64,000 nucleotides of DNA from Priapulus caudatus. Taxonomy: Eukaryota. The notes under the pieces are model-generated. The model did not search any database. It saw only the letters and a list, made by a program, of their open reading frames with translations, and was not told the DNA's origin. Position numbers and translations under genes: made by a program. The stretch is from positions 625,192-689,191 of the forward strand of contig NW_014577076.1 of assembly GCF_000485595.1 (NCBI RefSeq). The letters are read 5' to 3'. This document shows, piece after piece, positions 49,347 through 62,640 of the stretch. Numbering within the stretch: position 1 is the stretch's first letter; the number at the start of each line of letters is the position of its first letter.

Positions 49347-52300
49347 GTCTGTGTCGTCGTCGTGTGTGTGGTCCGGCAAGACAGATGCCTCCCCGTGCGT
49401 GCAGTGCATGTTGCAGTGTGCGCGTGTGCGTGTGCGTACCAACAGCACGTTTTGCACATAGTTCATGAATGAGTTATCTAACTATGTGTACATGCTCCGC
49501 CCCTGATCATGACCGCATACCGCACCACAGCTAGAGTGATCTCATTAGCTCTCTGCATATTTCACTTGTATATTTAAATTGATCACTGCCCCATTTTGAA
49601 CTGCCCATTTTATTTCAAACAGAATTGACGTCACATAGGCATGTTTATAAATTGTTCACGTTAACCATTGCCCAATTTCAAATAGCAGTGACCTCACATA
49701 AGCTGTGCGCGGTTTAAAATATCTCGTCAAACAATTAATCGAAGTAAAATATAATAAGTGAAAATGATAAATTTTTGTCGCAGTAGAAATGAAATGGGGA
49801 TGATGGGAATTAAGTAACAACGGGGGTTTCACATATATGAAAGCCCAGCGTTATAATGAATTCTATTTTGCTTGAGCAATCTGTGTACGTACTAGCTCTA
49901 GCAGTACGCAAGGGATTCCTTACTTCACTAAAAAAACGTAGGCCCGCCGGGCGCCGCGCCTCGACTTGTCGGATTGCACGGAAAAGTGAAGTCTTATGTC
50001 GGAAAGTTATTTTCTTTGCCTAGTTCTGCCGAATCGGACAACTGAAAGTTCTAGTTGTTTGAATAATATTCTTAACATCTCTGAGCCAGAGGCGCTATCG
50101 CACCACATTCTTCACTTCAAACGTTTTGCAAAGCGTCCCTAAAAAAGCAGCCGCGACACCCTGTTACGATTACAGGATTTATTTCAGAGGGGCAATTGCG
50201 TACCTCCTGCGCCGGGCGGCATTGATTTATGTATGGGGTGGGGGTTACGATTGTTTAGGTCGGTTGGGCGCATTATTTTCATTTACTTGAATATGTAGGG
50301 AGGTGGGCATCGCTGGCATGAGAGGACGACAGCAAAACTTCTTTCATGTGATTGAGGAAAAAAGCTTTGCAAATCGGTTAAATGACACAACAATGAGAGT
50401 TGCCGCATCACACGCAAACATTAACGTGTGGACATTTTCATTAGAGTTTTTTACATGTTCATCTGTTAAATATACTACGGTGTAATAAGGATATATTATA
50501 TAGTTATCAGTTTCACCCGAATTATTTATGCATTGAAAAGTTACCGGTTAACAACATTGGTTACATAACAAGAATTTTCTAGCCTAGTACTATAAGTGCC
50601 CACCCACTGATTTTTTTATTTGAAGTTGTGGTCACAAAAAACGCGCGGTTTATACAGCAGTAAATATACGGTATATAATACTGTGTAAGGTGTATACACA
50701 CGCACACCGTACGGCATGCAAAACGCGGCGCACAGAACATGCCTAGGTATGTAGCGAGCATATGATATGCACGCAGGGGAATACTGGCAAAAAATATACA
50801 AGGAGTGTATGAATATATATATATATTATATATTCTACAATCTATATATATATGTATATATATATGTATTATATATTATATTATATTTATATATTATTCA
50901 TATAATTATATTATACATCCTGAATAATATGATAGCCACTGAACAAAAGGACGGATTAACGGCTTAGATTGCAGCAAGTAATTTTGTGGAAAAGTAAAAT
51001 TCTAATTCGGACAAGTAAAAATTGCTTCTTGTTGCCCGACAGGACAACCAGATCTGAAAATAAGCGTCGAGGCCTAGCCTGCAGTTATTCTGTCACGGCC
51101 ATTCATGTTCTCAGATATTTACATAGTACACATGACAGGCGAAAGAAGAGTATAGTTATCTTCCTTTGAACTATAGATGTTGTCGGTTTGATAAGGAACA
51201 CATTGCGTGAGGCACGATTCTCCGTGTATCTCTCCGCGGTGTGGTTCGTGTGTCACACGCTGATGCCTTGTCGGACTATGTTGGCAGTATGTTTCTCAGT
51301 ATGGTAAGCAGGACACCGGCGCGTGTATAAATTGCGTTGGATGCATGTGAACTGCAGAGTGTTTGTTGCACTGCTAAAACTGGTGAAAAGGCCTCCCCGG
51401 TTCTTTTCCACACAAGAGCGCGCGTGCTAGATGAGAGTGAGTTGTGTGCGGGCATACCCGCCGGTAGGGTGGACGCCACACACAATACATTCCAATATAT
51501 TGAGATGATGCATTCGTTATTGGAAGAATAATAGATATATAAGCGAGAGCGTGAGCTGTAGATCTATTTTATTTTCAGTCGGGGATTTTCAAGGCGCCAT
51601 ATTAGACACCAGTTGGTGGCTGGCACGACTAGTTCATGTACAGGCAGAATGCAATAATTGATATGATCAGGGGTTCTAGAGAAGATTAGCCGTGAAGCCA
51701 CACGCGGCACGTTCGTGTACGTCGCTTGCATGGCATGTGGCGGATCCCCGGTGTGTGCAGGTTCATTGTGCGACTGTCCACGACTTGTCTCATGAGCGGG
51801 AATGGGCGCTGTGATGTGATGTGAGAGATTTCCGTCGCTGCTGCCGGCGCTTAGAATTGCGCGTATTCTTATTTTTGGTCAATAATCTGACAAGGGCGGC
51901 GTATATTTCCGAAATTAATGAAGTGGCTTTTGAGGTGTACTTTGCGCAGAATAGAACTATTATGCGAGTGAGGGTCAGCAGGCGGGTAAACGTGGAGGAG
52001 GAGGAGGAGGAGACAGCGCGCGCAGTGTGTGGGTCGATGCTCATCAGGCTGTGTTCCTTAGGGTGCTGATTGTCAAGTTTGATAGCCGTCAACACATCTA
52101 TTGATAATATAGCGTAGCGGGGTATTGATGAGTTTTATAGTCTGTGCGTGAGTGCGTGCGTGTGTACGCGCGTGCGTGCCTATGTGGGAGTTGGAGTGTG
52201 TAGTGTGCGTAGCGTATAGTATAGGTATCGGCAGTGTTTCTGAAACAAATATTAAAGAAATATATAGAATAGAAGTATACTGAAATGATTTCCTCTCAAT

Positions 52301-52547
52301 TAAATCGAACAAAATGTAGACAAATTAGGTCTCATTTTTTGCAAACGTGTTACGCCTACTCCATTATAAAAATACCGTATAGCAATATAAAATAACAAAT
52401 AATGCAGCCACATTCTTTCGTGTCGCAATAATTCCCTTGAAGTTGGCAACGATCAAGACAAAGGTGCACTTCAATCCTCATTCAGTGACGTAGTGGTTGT
52501 AGGCTGGTATACAGCGTCTCTATAACTTAATGTCAGTTACCATTAAT

Positions 52548-53720
52548 ACCCCCGTCACACCAGGCCCCGATCTCACTACGCTCGTACTACGCTCTTAGAG
52601 CGTGGTGGAAACACGTAGAACGCAGTATGAACGTCTATGGACGTACTGCGATCGCGACCGAGCGCGGTGCAGTCACCATGAGCGTGGAGAGCGTCGCCAA
52701 AATTTGAGCATGTTCAAAACAATCGTGGTCCGAGCGTGGCGGAAAGACAGCGCAGTGCGGACGTATTAGAGACGTGGAAGGCGTATAGTACCCACGTAAG
52801 TAGTACGAACTTAATGAGCGTACTTAATGAACTTAATGATCGTATCGCAAGCGTGTCGGGTGCGTGAAAATTGTCTCCCCGTTCTCAGCACGATGTCAAT
52901 ACGTTTTCATCACGCTGTTACTACCTCCATGGAGATGCCTCTGCGACCTGACCACGCTCTCGCTATGACCATGGTGCGTCTCTAGCAAGCTCGACCCGTT
53001 CGTACTACGATTGTACTACGCCCAACACGCTCAGACCACGCCGTTGTGGCGTTCGCATTACGTGTCAGTTGGGTCAATATCACGCTCAGATCACGTCCTG
53101 CGAACTTGGGGTATAAATTGGGGTGCTACCTTGGCCACCCCACCAGTTCAGTGTTCACTATGGATGAGGCAACACTACTCCATGCCATGTTTCTCGTAGA
53201 AGGACAACTCGAATTACTTGATTGCCAAGCCCTCATCATGCTGAGGAGGATGAGGAGGAGAAATAGAAGATAAATAGTAGAAAATAATCTTGATGTGAAC
53301 AGCACGGCAGAACGAATGATGATGTCTAGAACGCGGCGCGGTATTTATATGGGCGTTGCCAGCGCAGTCGGCGCCTGCCTAGAGCGTGATGAAGTCGCAC
53401 TAGGAGCGTGATTTGCGCGCAGTTGAGGCGCGGTGAGCGTTGCTTAGGCGCAGTGAAAGCGTCGTTTTGAACGCAATGCGATCGGATTGGTCGCAATAAA
53501 GACGCAGTGGGCGCAGTGCAAGCGTGATGCGGGCGTGGTGTTGAACGTGGTATGGAGCGTGGTGAAAGCTTGTTGGGCGCAATGAGATCGGGGTAAAGAC
53601 GCACTTAGATCGTAGTATCGGCGCTGGGGCCCAATTGGCCATGCACGCTCTCACCACGCTCGGCCAAACGTTTTGAGCGTGGGGCGATCGTGATGAGCGT
53701 AGCTCTAGTGTGACGGGGGC
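52548..53720. mobile_element. PIF/Harbinger-like non-autonomous element
   Basis: Perfect 12-bp inverted ends CCCCCGTCACAC and GTGTGACGGGGG with TAA/TGA-like flanks. The interior is rich in repeated ACGC/GCGT motifs. Confidence 0.7.
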
Positions 53721-54042
53721 TGAACCCCCGGAATTAACAGGTGGACGGGACGGACGGGGGAATTAGACGAGGGACGGTGGACGTGGGAATTAACAGAGTC
53801 TAGTGACAGGCTCTCGTCAGAAACACTTGACATTATCATGTAACGGCGTCAACAAGAAGTTAACAAGCAAATGGTGAAACTAACGATGCACGAGTGTTTT
53901 AAGACATATTAATTTGTCAAGACGTTTTATTGTAGACACTTGCTGTTACGTATAGGCTATAGCATTAAATATTGTATTGGTCGGAAAATACGAGAACGGT
54001 CGGGAAGACTGTTTGAAATGAAGACGGTATACTGTATACGAT

Positions 54043-54091
54043 CAAGAGCTAATAATACACTATTGTCATTATTAGGTATTATTAGCTCTTG
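54043..54091. mobile_element. 49-bp TIR-only micro-transposon with a 7-bp TSD (P-like)
   Basis: Perfect 16-bp TIRs CAAGAGCTAATAATAC and GTATTATTAGCTCTTG around a 17-bp spacer. ATACGAT at 54036-54042 and 54092-54098. Confidence 0.85.
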
Positions 54092-55901
54092 ATACGATAT
54101 TATTAAAAATTGTTGTTATCTGTGATGTGGTTGCAAGTGGCGGGGCATATTTATAAATATATAACTGTTGTCTTCAATGAACATGTGTTTATATACTATA
54201 AATAACGAAATCATTATTGTAAGGCTCGATCACAACAACTTGGTCAACGTATACTGGCGATAAATCCAATTATCAATACCCGGCATGACAACACGAAGAA
54301 CAGGTATTTGAGGATTCTGCTTACGAGTGAAATCTCGTTATCTACTGGTTGCTTCGATTTGAATTGTGCTTTCCTGGATGTATTTGGCGATCGTATTTTT
54401 ATGCAGTACAGTGAAGATAACTACCAGTATTACGTTTGACGATCCGATAGGCCCCACTCAATCGGCGATGCATTACCCAGCACGTGGCACGAGTACCGTC
54501 ACGCTATGAAGTACTTAGGCCCGTGAGTCCCTCGCCGAACCGTATCGGTTTCGTGTGAAATATTTACGCCAACGCTTACTATTTTATCACGAAATACGTC
54601 CGCAAGAAATGTCACACTGCTCTGGATCTGAGCGGCAGCGCCTAGTGCTCGCCGTGGCAGATCGTCTGCATTCCTAGGATCAGTGTCGTATCGTGCTCCT
54701 ATACGTAAAGCTTTCTGTAGAGCTGTAAAGTCATTCAGTTAGCTGTTGCCGAAACTCAGCGAGTAAGTCGGCCAGCCACGCGTCGGCCTATAATCTTAAT
54801 TCATGCTGTCGTTACTTTTAATAGAATCGCGTTTATGTGAGAAATGATACATATTTCATGCCGCAAGTATTGACTGTGTGTCGTAATTTGCATGAGAATT
54901 ACAATTAGCCTGGCTGTCATTTGCAATTCATTTGGATGTGGGAGGAGCTTTATATAGAATGAAATTCTTGAATATTTAATGTGAAATATTCGTTTCGGCA
55001 AACATGGGCCACTCGTGCTGTATATGGTTGCCATGCAAATGGTCGTTTTATCAATAACCATTACAACAATTTATATTAGCAGCGGCGTTCGGGTGTGACA
55101 TTCAAAGTCAAGGCAGTCTTGTGTAGGCAGGCTCTTCGATGCTGGCAAAAACAATTGTTGTGTAAAATAATTTATGCAATTGAAGAAAGAGCTTAATGAG
55201 ATCTGTTCTCTGTGTGTGTTTGGATTTCATTGGCAATTTTATTTTTGAGCTGCGTATATGTGATGGTACCCCCAATCAGTTGTTCTCAACGAGATATGTC
55301 CAGATATGTTAATAAATAATATCTGTAATATAGACATGGTTTCCAGTCCCGAGTGTTATGGTATAAAATTTCCAAAAAGATTAAATCAGTGCTAACGTGT
55401 CTTTTGTTTCACTGGTACGTGGTATGTGGTACTGGTATGTGGTTCACGTGGTAGACTAATCACTTCATGATATATTATATATATATAATATACTATCTAC
55501 GTGATGAAACGGATCCCCTATGACTCTACGTCATATAAGTAATTGTTTTCAGTTTTAGAATGGCGTCATCTACTCATGGGCTCTCAGATGTACTACTCGC
55601 ACCGTGCATGGAAGCCCTTCACAGCCATGCATTTCGTGCTGCTGCTTTTTACATGATATTGCAGTTAGAATCAGCTTGTCTGTTGAACGCAAATCCAATT
55701 TCAATTATATATAATATATCGATACTCGAATGTCCAGAAGGAAATTGCATTCCCCACAACGTTCTACAGTGCTCAACGTATTTGTCAGTCTTCATCGCTC
55801 ACTGTATTCACTATTAGATGAAATCATTTGCTTCATCCTTACGTAAATGGCTTCAGTGCGACTGTCTCTCATCTTACACGCATTTTCCTTGTTTCCTTTA
55901 G

Positions 55902-55975
55902 CCGGAAAACACCGAAGACGTTCGCTTTTGACAACTGCTTCTGGTCGATCGATGAGAAAGATCCCAAGTACACAG
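55902..55975 (+). CDS. KIF13: Internal coding exon (74 nt) of a kinesin-3 KIF13A/B (Khc-73)-like motor protein
   Basis: Polypyrimidine tract then AG (55900-55901) and donor G|GTATG (55976). Translates (x)RKTPKTFAFDNCFWSIDEKDPKYT(G), matching the KIF13-type K-x-FAFD-x-CFWS-x-DE segment. Its phase-1 end joins the next exon in frame. Confidence 0.93.
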
Positions 55976-58231
55976 GTATGGACATTCCTAAATTATTGTC
56001 ACGCGGGGCACAACAACACATTGTTAGGGGGCGTTCATATCTACCGTATGTCTAAACGCGTACGGTGGTCGTTGGCCACACGTTGTTCACCAGCATACGG
56101 TATAAGCTGTACATGCCTAATGTAGTGTTGATAGTTGTAAACGGCTCTTATATAGCTGCCCACGCGCATGAAAAGTGCCGTAGCGCGAGAGAATAGACGA
56201 GGCACAGCTATACGCGTAGATCGGAAAGTATTGCCAGACGACGGGAGAAAGACGTTGGATGTTGTTAAGTTAATTGCATTAGGTGTGCTGTTCCGAAAGA
56301 TGTAGTGCAGAAGAAACGCACGCGGGAAATATCCGCGCACTTTACATTACTTGGTTGGAAAACGTCGCGCATATCAGCTAGCCTTTGTGCGGGTTTCCTG
56401 CGACAGCGATTAGCCTCTTTCAATTCGGCTTGTCGCTGACGACTTTTCTGCTTGCGGTACTCAGTGGGCTACAGCGTGTTTGCGCACGCAGGTCGCGTTT
56501 TCTGCCTGCTGCGCTATTTTGCAGGAAAACGTTAATGATGTACTGTTTCCAGAATTACAATTATTCGTTAACTGTCAAGTTCGCGAACGTAAAATCACCC
56601 GTGTTTTTATTTTACACGGTAATTGTAGTAAACACAATGTATAGAGTGTGCTTGTAGATGTTGAGTGTGTTGCGTAGGCGTGACAAGGATTTGCGCAGTT
56701 GGGAAATATGAGATTGCAAAACAGTGACACTACTCTGTATAACATCAGGGTTGTTTTAGAGCGTTGGTCTGTATAATTATATATATAATGATATATATAT
56801 CACATTACTTTAATCGGAATGGAAATTTGTTATTATTTATAAATAATATAATAGCCAGCACAAAATAGATTTATTTCAAATTATTTATGGATAAATTAAT
56901 GTGCTTGCACGGTTAGGCTAGTAAGAAGCTGTGATGATTTTAACTACGTGAATATATAAATAGTCATTTATGGATTTTTTTAGTTAATAATCAGTTAGAC
57001 ATAAACCCATGTAATTAGTTAAAACGGTTCGTTTTTGAAAGTCGCTCGTAGCGCTGGACATCAGAATGAATTTGTTGGTGGTAATCTAGTAGAATACTGC
57101 GCTGTGGCGGGGGATTAGAACAGTGTGGCACGATATTATTACATCCGGCAGTAACTGCATGTACGAGGCAGGAGAGATTACTACGGAGCAGAAGGTACTT
57201 TAAGCAGCACGCGCACCGGGAATTAATGTTAGAGAAGCACTAATAGTTAAATCGACAATCATGATATTGCTTTTCACAACATTCATGTTTTCATTTAAAA
57301 AGGTGCAGTGCATGCGAGTTTTTGTGTCGCGAAAGTTCTGTTTGTATCAGCCACACACACACACGCACGCACGCACGCACGGCAGCAGCGCACAGCACAC
57401 ACACAAACATCACACACACACACACCACACACTACACGCACACACAGACACACACAGACACACACAGACACACACAGACACACACAACACACACAGCACA
57501 CACACACACACACGCACACGCACACACACACGCACACACGCACACACACACACACGCGCACACACACACACACACATATATACGCGGCCTGTGTTAAAGA
57601 GCTAATGCAGCACGCGCGTTGAAGCTAAAAAAACGTCCTGCAGCTCTGCGTGATTTAACCCCGACGGGCGTATAGTTACGATCACCGCAGGTCCTTGAAA
57701 GGTGGTCTGAAATTTCTCAAAAAATAGTATTCGGTTATGTCGACTCGGAAATACACTTGTCTATGTGTATATAACCATTTTAACCCACGAATAAGCTCGT
57801 AAATGAGAAATCGAGATATACCGCACACGTCGGTGCGTTAAATGCGTTAAATGTCTCCACACACATAGCTATGTATGTAATGTGTAACATGCTTAAAAAC
57901 GTGCACGTATCTTTATTCTAGATACACAAACATTCAATTTAATTGATCTGCGATAAATTTTCACCAAACATTTGAAAAATTTTGGTATAGAATTTCACGG
58001 GTTCGGAACAGGCAGTGAAGTATGTGACCACCTGTGACAGTATATGTTGCGTTTGCGCGCCGCGAATATGTGCTGTGCAAGCTTCATTAACTCTAGATCT
58101 CCCGCGACTCGTGTACACCATGAGCACGTCGATATGAACGACACCCTATGTTGGCTGTTTTATCATGGCTAGTGTACTGTATTGACATGCAAATGAATCC
58201 TGCTTCTCGTCATCGCCCTCCCACCGCCACC

Positions 58232-59093
58232 TGTAATGACGTAGATATCGAATTATTTAACCTATAGTATACCTATAGTATAACCTATAGTAACCTAGCG
58301 ACACGGGTTGTTTAACTTAAGCAGCATCAAGTCATATGTTATTTTAGTCGACAAATAGCAGTCAAGGCAACAAGCGAAAGATGCCATGCACCCAGCCATC
58401 CCGTGAAACTGAGTCACTGGAACACGAGTAAAAGTTATCACCCACGACGGCAGAGTGACAGTTTAGTACCTATAGAAGGACATCACAGTTTGATGTCGCA
58501 TGCTGACTGATGAAGATCAAACAACGAACGCCGCCGACAAATGTGAACTATGTGAACTATGAGAACATGAATCGAACTGCCGCGATTCCCACACCAGATT
58601 CAAGAAGCATCCAGAGCTTCTTACCTTCAGTCACCCATAAAAATGTTGGAGATGACGACACGTCTTGCACCACCATCGTCCACAAGGCCTTGACTACGCT
58701 CGGGCCACGCATACCTCCAGAAACATAAATACCGACCGATTTGGACAGAAAGAGGGAGACAATTCCACGATGCCTGACAGTTCACGACACTGTCAGCACC
58801 GCGCTGCTCTCACCTGCTCTCATCACCGCGCTGCCGTCGCCGCCGGACATCTCTGACTGAGGACCTGCCTGCTGCTCTTAGGTAGTAAGATATGAACTAT
58901 TTGTAACGCGTATTTGATTATTGCCCTGCGTGCCACCTATGATTGTATATGATTATCAGGCGGATGTTGATTATTAAAGAATAGAGTAACTGAAATGATT
59001 CTTTGTTTATAGTACAATATACTGGGTATGGTTTAAGTGCAATAGCACACGTATCTGTTGTACAAACGAACCTGGTCACACTATACCATCACA
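58232..59093 (+). mobile_element. Possible solo LTR
   Basis: TGTAATG...CATCACA inverted ends (6/7), TATA-like ATAAATA at about 58725 and ATTAAA at about 58973. No TSD. Confidence 0.4.
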
Positions 59094-59464
59094 CGTGCCT
59101 GCTATACGTAGAACACACGAGCTCACACGCTGTGACGCGGAGATTCATATTGCTTCCTGCGTGCTCGCCCGAGCTCTGTCGCACTGCAGAGAAACAATTA
59201 GTTTTTGCTGCAAAATAGTTTTTGTGATCGCGTCGGCCGGTCCATCGTGGCAGAGGTATTCATTAAATTTGACGTGAAATTGGAGAAGCTGAGATTGAAA
59301 TACGGAATGCAATTAACGATAAAGTACTGCCGTCATATGTGAAAGGGTGCTGCCGGTCGGTATGGGCAGCTGCTCACGCAATGCAGTCTCACGCCCAGCC
59401 ACTCTTTGTGTGCAGTCGTGATGCGGGGGATGGTCGAGATATCTAGGTGGTGGTGGTGGGGGGG

Positions 59465-59732
59465 CTGAGACCGAGGCATCGGCGCGAGCCACTGACTGAG
59501 TCAGGGTTTGAGACAAGCATGTGAGACATTTACTGGGGTAGACACCGATGCAACATTCTGAGGCACTGACTGAGACAGGGACCGAGGCATCAGCGTGAGA
59601 CATCTACTAGTATGGGCATCTATGTAACAGTGTGAGGCACGGATTGAGGCAGGGATCAAGGCAAATGACTGGTGCAGGGACCGAGACAACTGACTGATGC
59701 TGGGATCGCGGCAGCGGCATGAGGCACTGACT
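59465..59732 (+). repeat. Degenerate tandem repeat built from GACCGAGGCATC and GAGGCACTGACT motifs
   Basis: The motifs recur at roughly 100-110-bp spacing (about 59469, 59580, 59679). Confidence 0.6.
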
Positions 59733-59754
59733 AGCTAGGTACCACGGTGGGATA

Positions 59755-60521
59755 CAGTAAAAACCCGCGTATAAGAACATAGATTTTAAGAACATGTTAG
59801 GCTAAAATTTCCCATTTAGACCCCTTTACATAAGAACCTGTTTTAGGCTAAGATTTTAAAGTAGGTTCTTAATTTTCCATGCAGATGAAGACTTAAAAAG
59901 AAACACAGGTAAAATAAAAAAGACGAGCTCAACAATATCGATGCAATAACCAATGCCAATGCCAATGCTCAACAATAACACATGCCAGCACCCTGGCATT
60001 GCTATTGAGACACAGTACTGCATTATTTACATATACAGTAAAAACCCGCATAAAAGAACACGTCGATTAAGAACACTCAGGCTGAAATGCAGTCAAAAAA
60101 TTGCATATTCATAAGAACACATTCAGCCTGAAAAATAAAATTGTTCTTATATGAAAAAAAATTTGGGTACATTTAGCAACTGTTTTTAGACTTGCCAAAC
60201 AAATGGTTAATGTGTTACGTGTAAGCATGATTGTACATGTATTTGTATTGACATCTCAACCATAAAAAAAACAAACATATGCAACAACTAAACTCTCCAT
60301 ATAACACCTTACACATAACACTACTGTACTGGTAACACATGCATCACAGTCACTAAGCCCGCGCATAGCGCGGGTTTCAGCTAGTACATATTAAAAGTAG
60401 AAACAATTAAGAACCTATTTAAGAACCTTTTGAGCCTAATTTTTCAGTAAGCACCATTTATATAAGAACATGTTGAGGCTAACTTGGAAAAATCTATGTT
60501 CTTATACGCGGGTTTTTACTG
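59755..60521. mobile_element. Tc1/mariner (pogo/Tigger-like) MITE
   Basis: Perfect TIRs of over 30 bp, CAGTAAAAACCCGCGTATAAGAACATAGATTTT and AAAATCTATGTTCTTATACGCGGGTTTTTACTG, with a TA TSD. An internal TIR copy lies at about 60036, and TAAGAAC recurs many times. Confidence 0.93.
60358..60384 (+). mobile_element. Helitron-type 3' terminus inside the Tigger-like MITE
   Basis: Hairpin CCCGCGC-ATA-GCGCGGG (60358-60374) followed by CTAG|T (60381-60385). 5' end not identified. Confidence 0.55.
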
Positions 60522-62083
60522 TATCGGTTTCCATAGGCGGCCATACTTACGAAAAAATTCCCATAAATCAGCCGAAGTTTTTTTTTACAAATAGCAATGC
60601 CATCCTCTGAATCCAAGTCGCAAGTGACGCCATATATGTTATTAACAAAAAAATTCTTCCATAACATTTTCCCAGCACACACTCGAAATGGCCAATTTGC
60701 AATGTGAATTTGCACAGAGAAGTAGGCTTTCTTTGAAAATTACCCGGCTGCACCAGCAACGCACCTCAGACGAGCCGTTTACACTGTCGGATTCAGAAAA
60801 GATTCTAGTTTCTGAAATTAACAATTGCAAAGAGTTCTAACCCTTTCTAATGAGAAATACAAAATTCAAGCGCATGCATACACTCAAATACGATCTCATT
60901 CCTAACCTGTCCCAGCGCTTATTGGTTGATTTCCCACCGTGGTACCTGTAGGCGGTGTATGGAACAAGCTGATGCTGGGAGGCACCGCGGGGGATCATGG
61001 TTCTGGGTTGAGATGGCACGCGAAGGCAGCGGAATGAAGTGGCTTAGGGGTGTAGGGGGTGACAAGGCACTAGCACAACATATCGGTATGTGGCAGCACA
61101 TATATTACAGTGTGATGCGAGGAGGTACGTGTTACGCAAAGAAGGCGACGCAGGAGTTTCGTACGATGAGGCACGAGGGTATGAAGGTGGCGTCAGAAGG
61201 CAGTATAGGGATGAGTCGTTGTGATATACGTATAGGGATTCGGGTGCGTGCTTTCGTGCGCGTGCGAGCGTATACGTGTGGCATTTTAAGTGTGCAAGTT
61301 ACGCATGCGTGTATCTATACTGAAGCGGATGATGTGCAACCTTTGTTACTTCATGCCCGACTTTACGCGTGTTAACCAAATACTCTGCGTCGATCTGCGT
61401 CTTTCGATGTCTGTAATAAATTATTTTAATAACTTTTTACTCTTTTATTTATAATAGAATTTACAAATGTTAATAACAATTAAGAATCAAATGCGTAACG
61501 TGCGCATGTCATTCGTCTTGACAGTCGATGAAGTAATTGATCAATCAGGCGTGAAATGCTGTCAAGTTTGCAAACTACGCTGACAGGTGGCGCTGCTCCG
61601 AGTTCCCTCCGCCCTTCGAACTATATAGGTTGTATTGATCGCGTCTCTCACTGACTAGGAATGGAATTCTGCAGCCGCTCCATTTCTGCGCACTTTCCGC
61701 ATTGTTCAGCATGAAATATATATGTTTACAATTTATGCTCGCGGAGTGGCGTCTTTTTTCGCGCCGAATTATGAATTTCAATCGAAGCGAGGTTTTCGTC
61801 TGACAGCTAGCGGAACGTGGCCGCCGGTGCTAAGTGTCGGTCGGCCTGCGGCACACTGACAGATTTGCTCTGATACGATGCGAAAACTACCTGTGCATGT
61901 CGCAAATGCGATTTTTTTGTCTCGCGCGCAATATATACCGCGATGTGTATGTGCATCAAGCAACCCCACATACCCTGCGTGTGGCACGCGTGGCTGTGAT
62001 CATAGAGATACGAATGCACTGTTAGATTTATATGTATATAAATGATGTATGTAAGATATCTATAATGAATGTTTGATGTACAG

Positions 62084-62312
62084 GGCGGAGAGTGCCCGTG
62101 TACCCTACGTGCGGCAGGGTGGCGGAGATTGTCCGTGTACCCTGCGTGCGGCAGGGTGGCGGAGAGTGCCCGTGTACCCTGCGTGCGGCAGGGTGGTGGA
62201 GAGTGCCCGTGTACCCTGCGTGCGGCAGGGTGGCGGAGAGTGCCCGTGTACCCTGCGTGCGGCAGGGTGGCGGAGAGTGCCCGTGTACCCTGCGTGCGGC
62301 AGGGTGGTGGAG
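62084..62312 (+). repeat. 37-bp GC-rich minisatellite, about 6 copies
   Basis: GTACCCTGCGTGCGGCAGGGTGGCGGAGAGTGCCCGT starts at 62100, 62137, 62174, 62211, 62248 and 62285. Confidence 0.97.
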
Positions 62313-62640
62313 ATTGCCGCATCCCATCTGCACGGTCGCCTTACGTCGTAGAGCGCGCAGCGTGCGTTATATCGATCTTAGCTAGTCTATATCCACGCGG
62401 TGAGAGTAGAGAGAGAGAGAGAGAGAGTGCTGCTTGAAATCAGGTTCATCCCACGCGTGTGTGTGGCGAAGTGTTTCATTATCGTTTTTATTTTTATGCG
62501 TACAGAGAGGTGTTACAATGTAAAGAGTTCTTGTGAATTCTCGCGTGTAATTTTCATGGGCCTAAAACACAACATTGATATATAACTGATTAATCGTAGG
62601 CATGGAATAAAGGTTTTTTGTCTTATCTGATGAGAGTTAA

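Noticed and set aside
53160..53273. MDEATLLHAM...RRMRRRNRR as a small basic protein
   Set aside because: It lies inside a Harbinger-like element and is at most a truncated transposase N-terminus; no independent support.
62084..62312. CRISPR-like palindromic 37-bp repeats
   Set aside because: Units are head-to-tail with near-identical linkers and no variable spacers.
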